Positions 62,953 through 64,000 of a DNA stretch of 64,000 nt are shown here, piece by piece. Origin of the DNA: a virus; the IMG/VR virus record IMGVR_UViG_3300045988_125296. One strand, 5' to 3'. Made by a program: the position numbers and the translations under genes. The notes beneath the pieces were generated by a model. That model made no database searches. It was not told the DNA's origin and saw only the letters and a program-made list of their open reading frames with translations. The first letter of the stretch is position 1; every line of letters begins with the position of its first letter.

Positions 62953-64000
62953 ATGGCAGTTACGATTCAATTACGTGGAGATACATTAGCAAATTGGAAC
63001 TCTGCTAATCCTGTTCTTCTTGACCGAGAGGTTGCTTTAATTGCGACAAATGCGGGTTCCCCAAAAGAGTACGACACTTTTGTAGTAGGTGATGGGGTTT
63101 CCTCTTTTAAACAACTTTATGAAGGTAAATCATACAATATTCCTGACGGAAGTATTACAACCCCAAAATTAGCTACTAATGCTGTTACGTCAGAAAAGAT
63201 TGCTAATGGTGCTGTTACGTCAGAAAAGATTGCTAATAATTCTATCTTTGAAGAACAACTTGCCCAAGATAGTGTGGGCGAATTTAATATCAAGTTGCAT
63301 TCTATTTACGAGAAACATATTGCGGATAAACAGATAACACTTCGTAGGTCTTCATTTGCAAGACAAAACTATTTTCAGTCCAATAGTAAGGTCAAATGGG
63401 GTTACTTCTTAAATAATCGAGGAGAAGAAATTTCGAATGACAATTATTGTATTACGGATTATATCCCTTTTGGAGAAGCCGTTGGTATTACTCAGATGAT
63501 TTCATCGGTAAACGGTAAACCTAATTTAGGAGGTGGATTCATATGGTTATATACCATAAATAAACAATTGATTTCAGGTTCTGGCGTTGTGCTTAATGTT
63601 GGTGGCGGTGCTATTTCAATGGGTAATTTTACTCAGGCTTATTATGTAAGGTTTTCCGTAAATTATAAAGGTTATTCCGAATCGATTATGGTTGAGGAAG
63701 GAAATACTATTGGCACATATATTCCTTTTGTTGAAGAGCAAGACCCCGAATTAGACATAACCGTGAATGGACGCTTTATGTTGAAAGATAATGTCGTCTC
63801 TAACGGTTTGCAGTTAAACAGCAGTTTGGGTTCGATTATGGAATCAACTGATGGGGGTACTGCTTCAAGTAACAAGACAGTTACTTTGAGTAGCTACCCT
63901 TATTTCCTTAAAAAAGGAAACTGCATTATTTTTGACGCTACATTTCAAGGAACATCGGGAAGTTTCTCCATTGGAAAAGGGTATGAGCAATACCGAGGAG
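62953..64000 (+). CDS. tail fibre protein, 5' part (continues beyond the window)
   Basis: Hand-translated; open from ATG 62953 to the window end. N-terminus MAVTIQLRGDTLANWNSANPVLLDREVALIATN...FVVGDGVSSFKQL resembles the Mtd/hyaluronidase-type fibre N-terminal domain. Confidence 0.6.
   Translation, partial: MAVTIQLRGDTLANWNSANPVLLDREVALIATNAGSPKEYDTFVVGDGVSSFKQLYEGKSYNIPDGSITTPKLATNAVTSEKIANGAVTSEKIANNSIFEEQLAQDSVGEFNIKLHSIYEKHIADKQITLRRSSFARQNYFQSNSKVKWGYFLNNRGEEISNDNYCITDYIPFGEAVGITQMISSVNGKPNLGGGFIWLYTINKQLISGSGVVLNVGGGAISMGNFTQAYYVRFSVNYKGYSESIMVEEGNTIGTYIPFVEEQDPELDITVNGRFMLKDNVVSNGLQLNSSLGSIMESTDGGTASSNKTVTLSSYPYFLKKGNCIIFDATFQGTSGSFSIGKGYEQYRG
63181..63237 (+). repeat. perfect 27-nt direct duplication within the fibre gene
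   Basis: GCTGTTACGTCAGAAAAGATTGCTAAT occurs at 63181-63207 and again at 63211-63237. It encodes AVTSEKIAN twice. Confidence 0.9.

Noticed and set aside
1-64000. Stop-codon reassignment (TAG or TGA recoding) of the kind seen in some Bacteroidota phages.
   Set aside because: Long genes such as terL, portal, the tape-measure gene, polA and the helicase are uninterrupted under the standard code. TAA, TAG (for example 12333-12335 and 13306-13308) and TGA (for example 4324-4326) all terminate well-packed genes. The only tRNA is a normal tRNA-Cys, not a suppressor.

Overview
The window is a 64 kb stretch of a large contractile-tailed dsDNA phage (Caudoviricetes). It is AT-rich and very tightly packed. 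Every credible gene is on the + strand, and the minus-strand ORFs look like shadow ORFs. The standard genetic code applies, with TAA, TAG and TGA all used as stops.

Gene order:
- ~0-5 kb: small genes of unknown function.
- 5.1-13.9 kb: QueD, large terminase, portal, scaffold, N4-gp56/HK97-type major capsid and neck genes.
- 15.6-16.8 kb: BACON/Ig-like repeat proteins.
- 17.4-19.1 kb: amidase lysis cassette.
- 19.1-32.5 kb: sheath, tube, frameshifted chaperone, tape measure, a P2/T4-like baseplate and a fibre.
- 32.5-57 kb: replication and recombination genes. These are an SF2 helicase, DnaC-like loader, DnaB, primase, gp32-like SSB, family A DNA polymerase, beta-class DNA methyltransferase, RecA-like protein, two Hjc-like nucleases, a MoxR/CobS-like AAA with its VWA partner, tRNA-Cys and a Cas4-like nuclease.
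- 57.6-62 kb: 7-deazaguanine genes QueC, DpdA-like and QueE.
- 62.9 kb to the window edge: start of a second tail-fibre gene.

Most unusual observations:
1. Three LAGLIDADG inteins interrupt the helicase, the DNA polymerase and the AAA ATPase. Two of them are clear paralogues sitting at the same GTGK^T P-loop position of unrelated ATPases.
2. Three consecutive ORFs have boundaries that cut BACON-like domains in half at the same point, each with an identical TAA + 11 nt + start junction.
3. A canonical T_TTT_TTC -1 frameshift site lies in the tail chaperone gene.
4. The preQ0/DpdA DNA-modification pathway is scattered across the window, and its QueE has an odd Cys motif.
5. A recurring basic N-terminal motif appears in up to five proteins.
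6. A SpoVS-like protein sits next to a 34-aa Ala/Lys-rich peptide with its own terminator.

Shine-Dalgarno sequences are absent, TAnnTTTG boxes occur in intergenic gaps and BACON-like domains are present. Together these suggest a Bacteroidota (Flavobacteriia-like) host. No rRNA, CRISPR array, integrase or transposase was seen. All family assignments come from motif recognition by eye and need profile searches to confirm.
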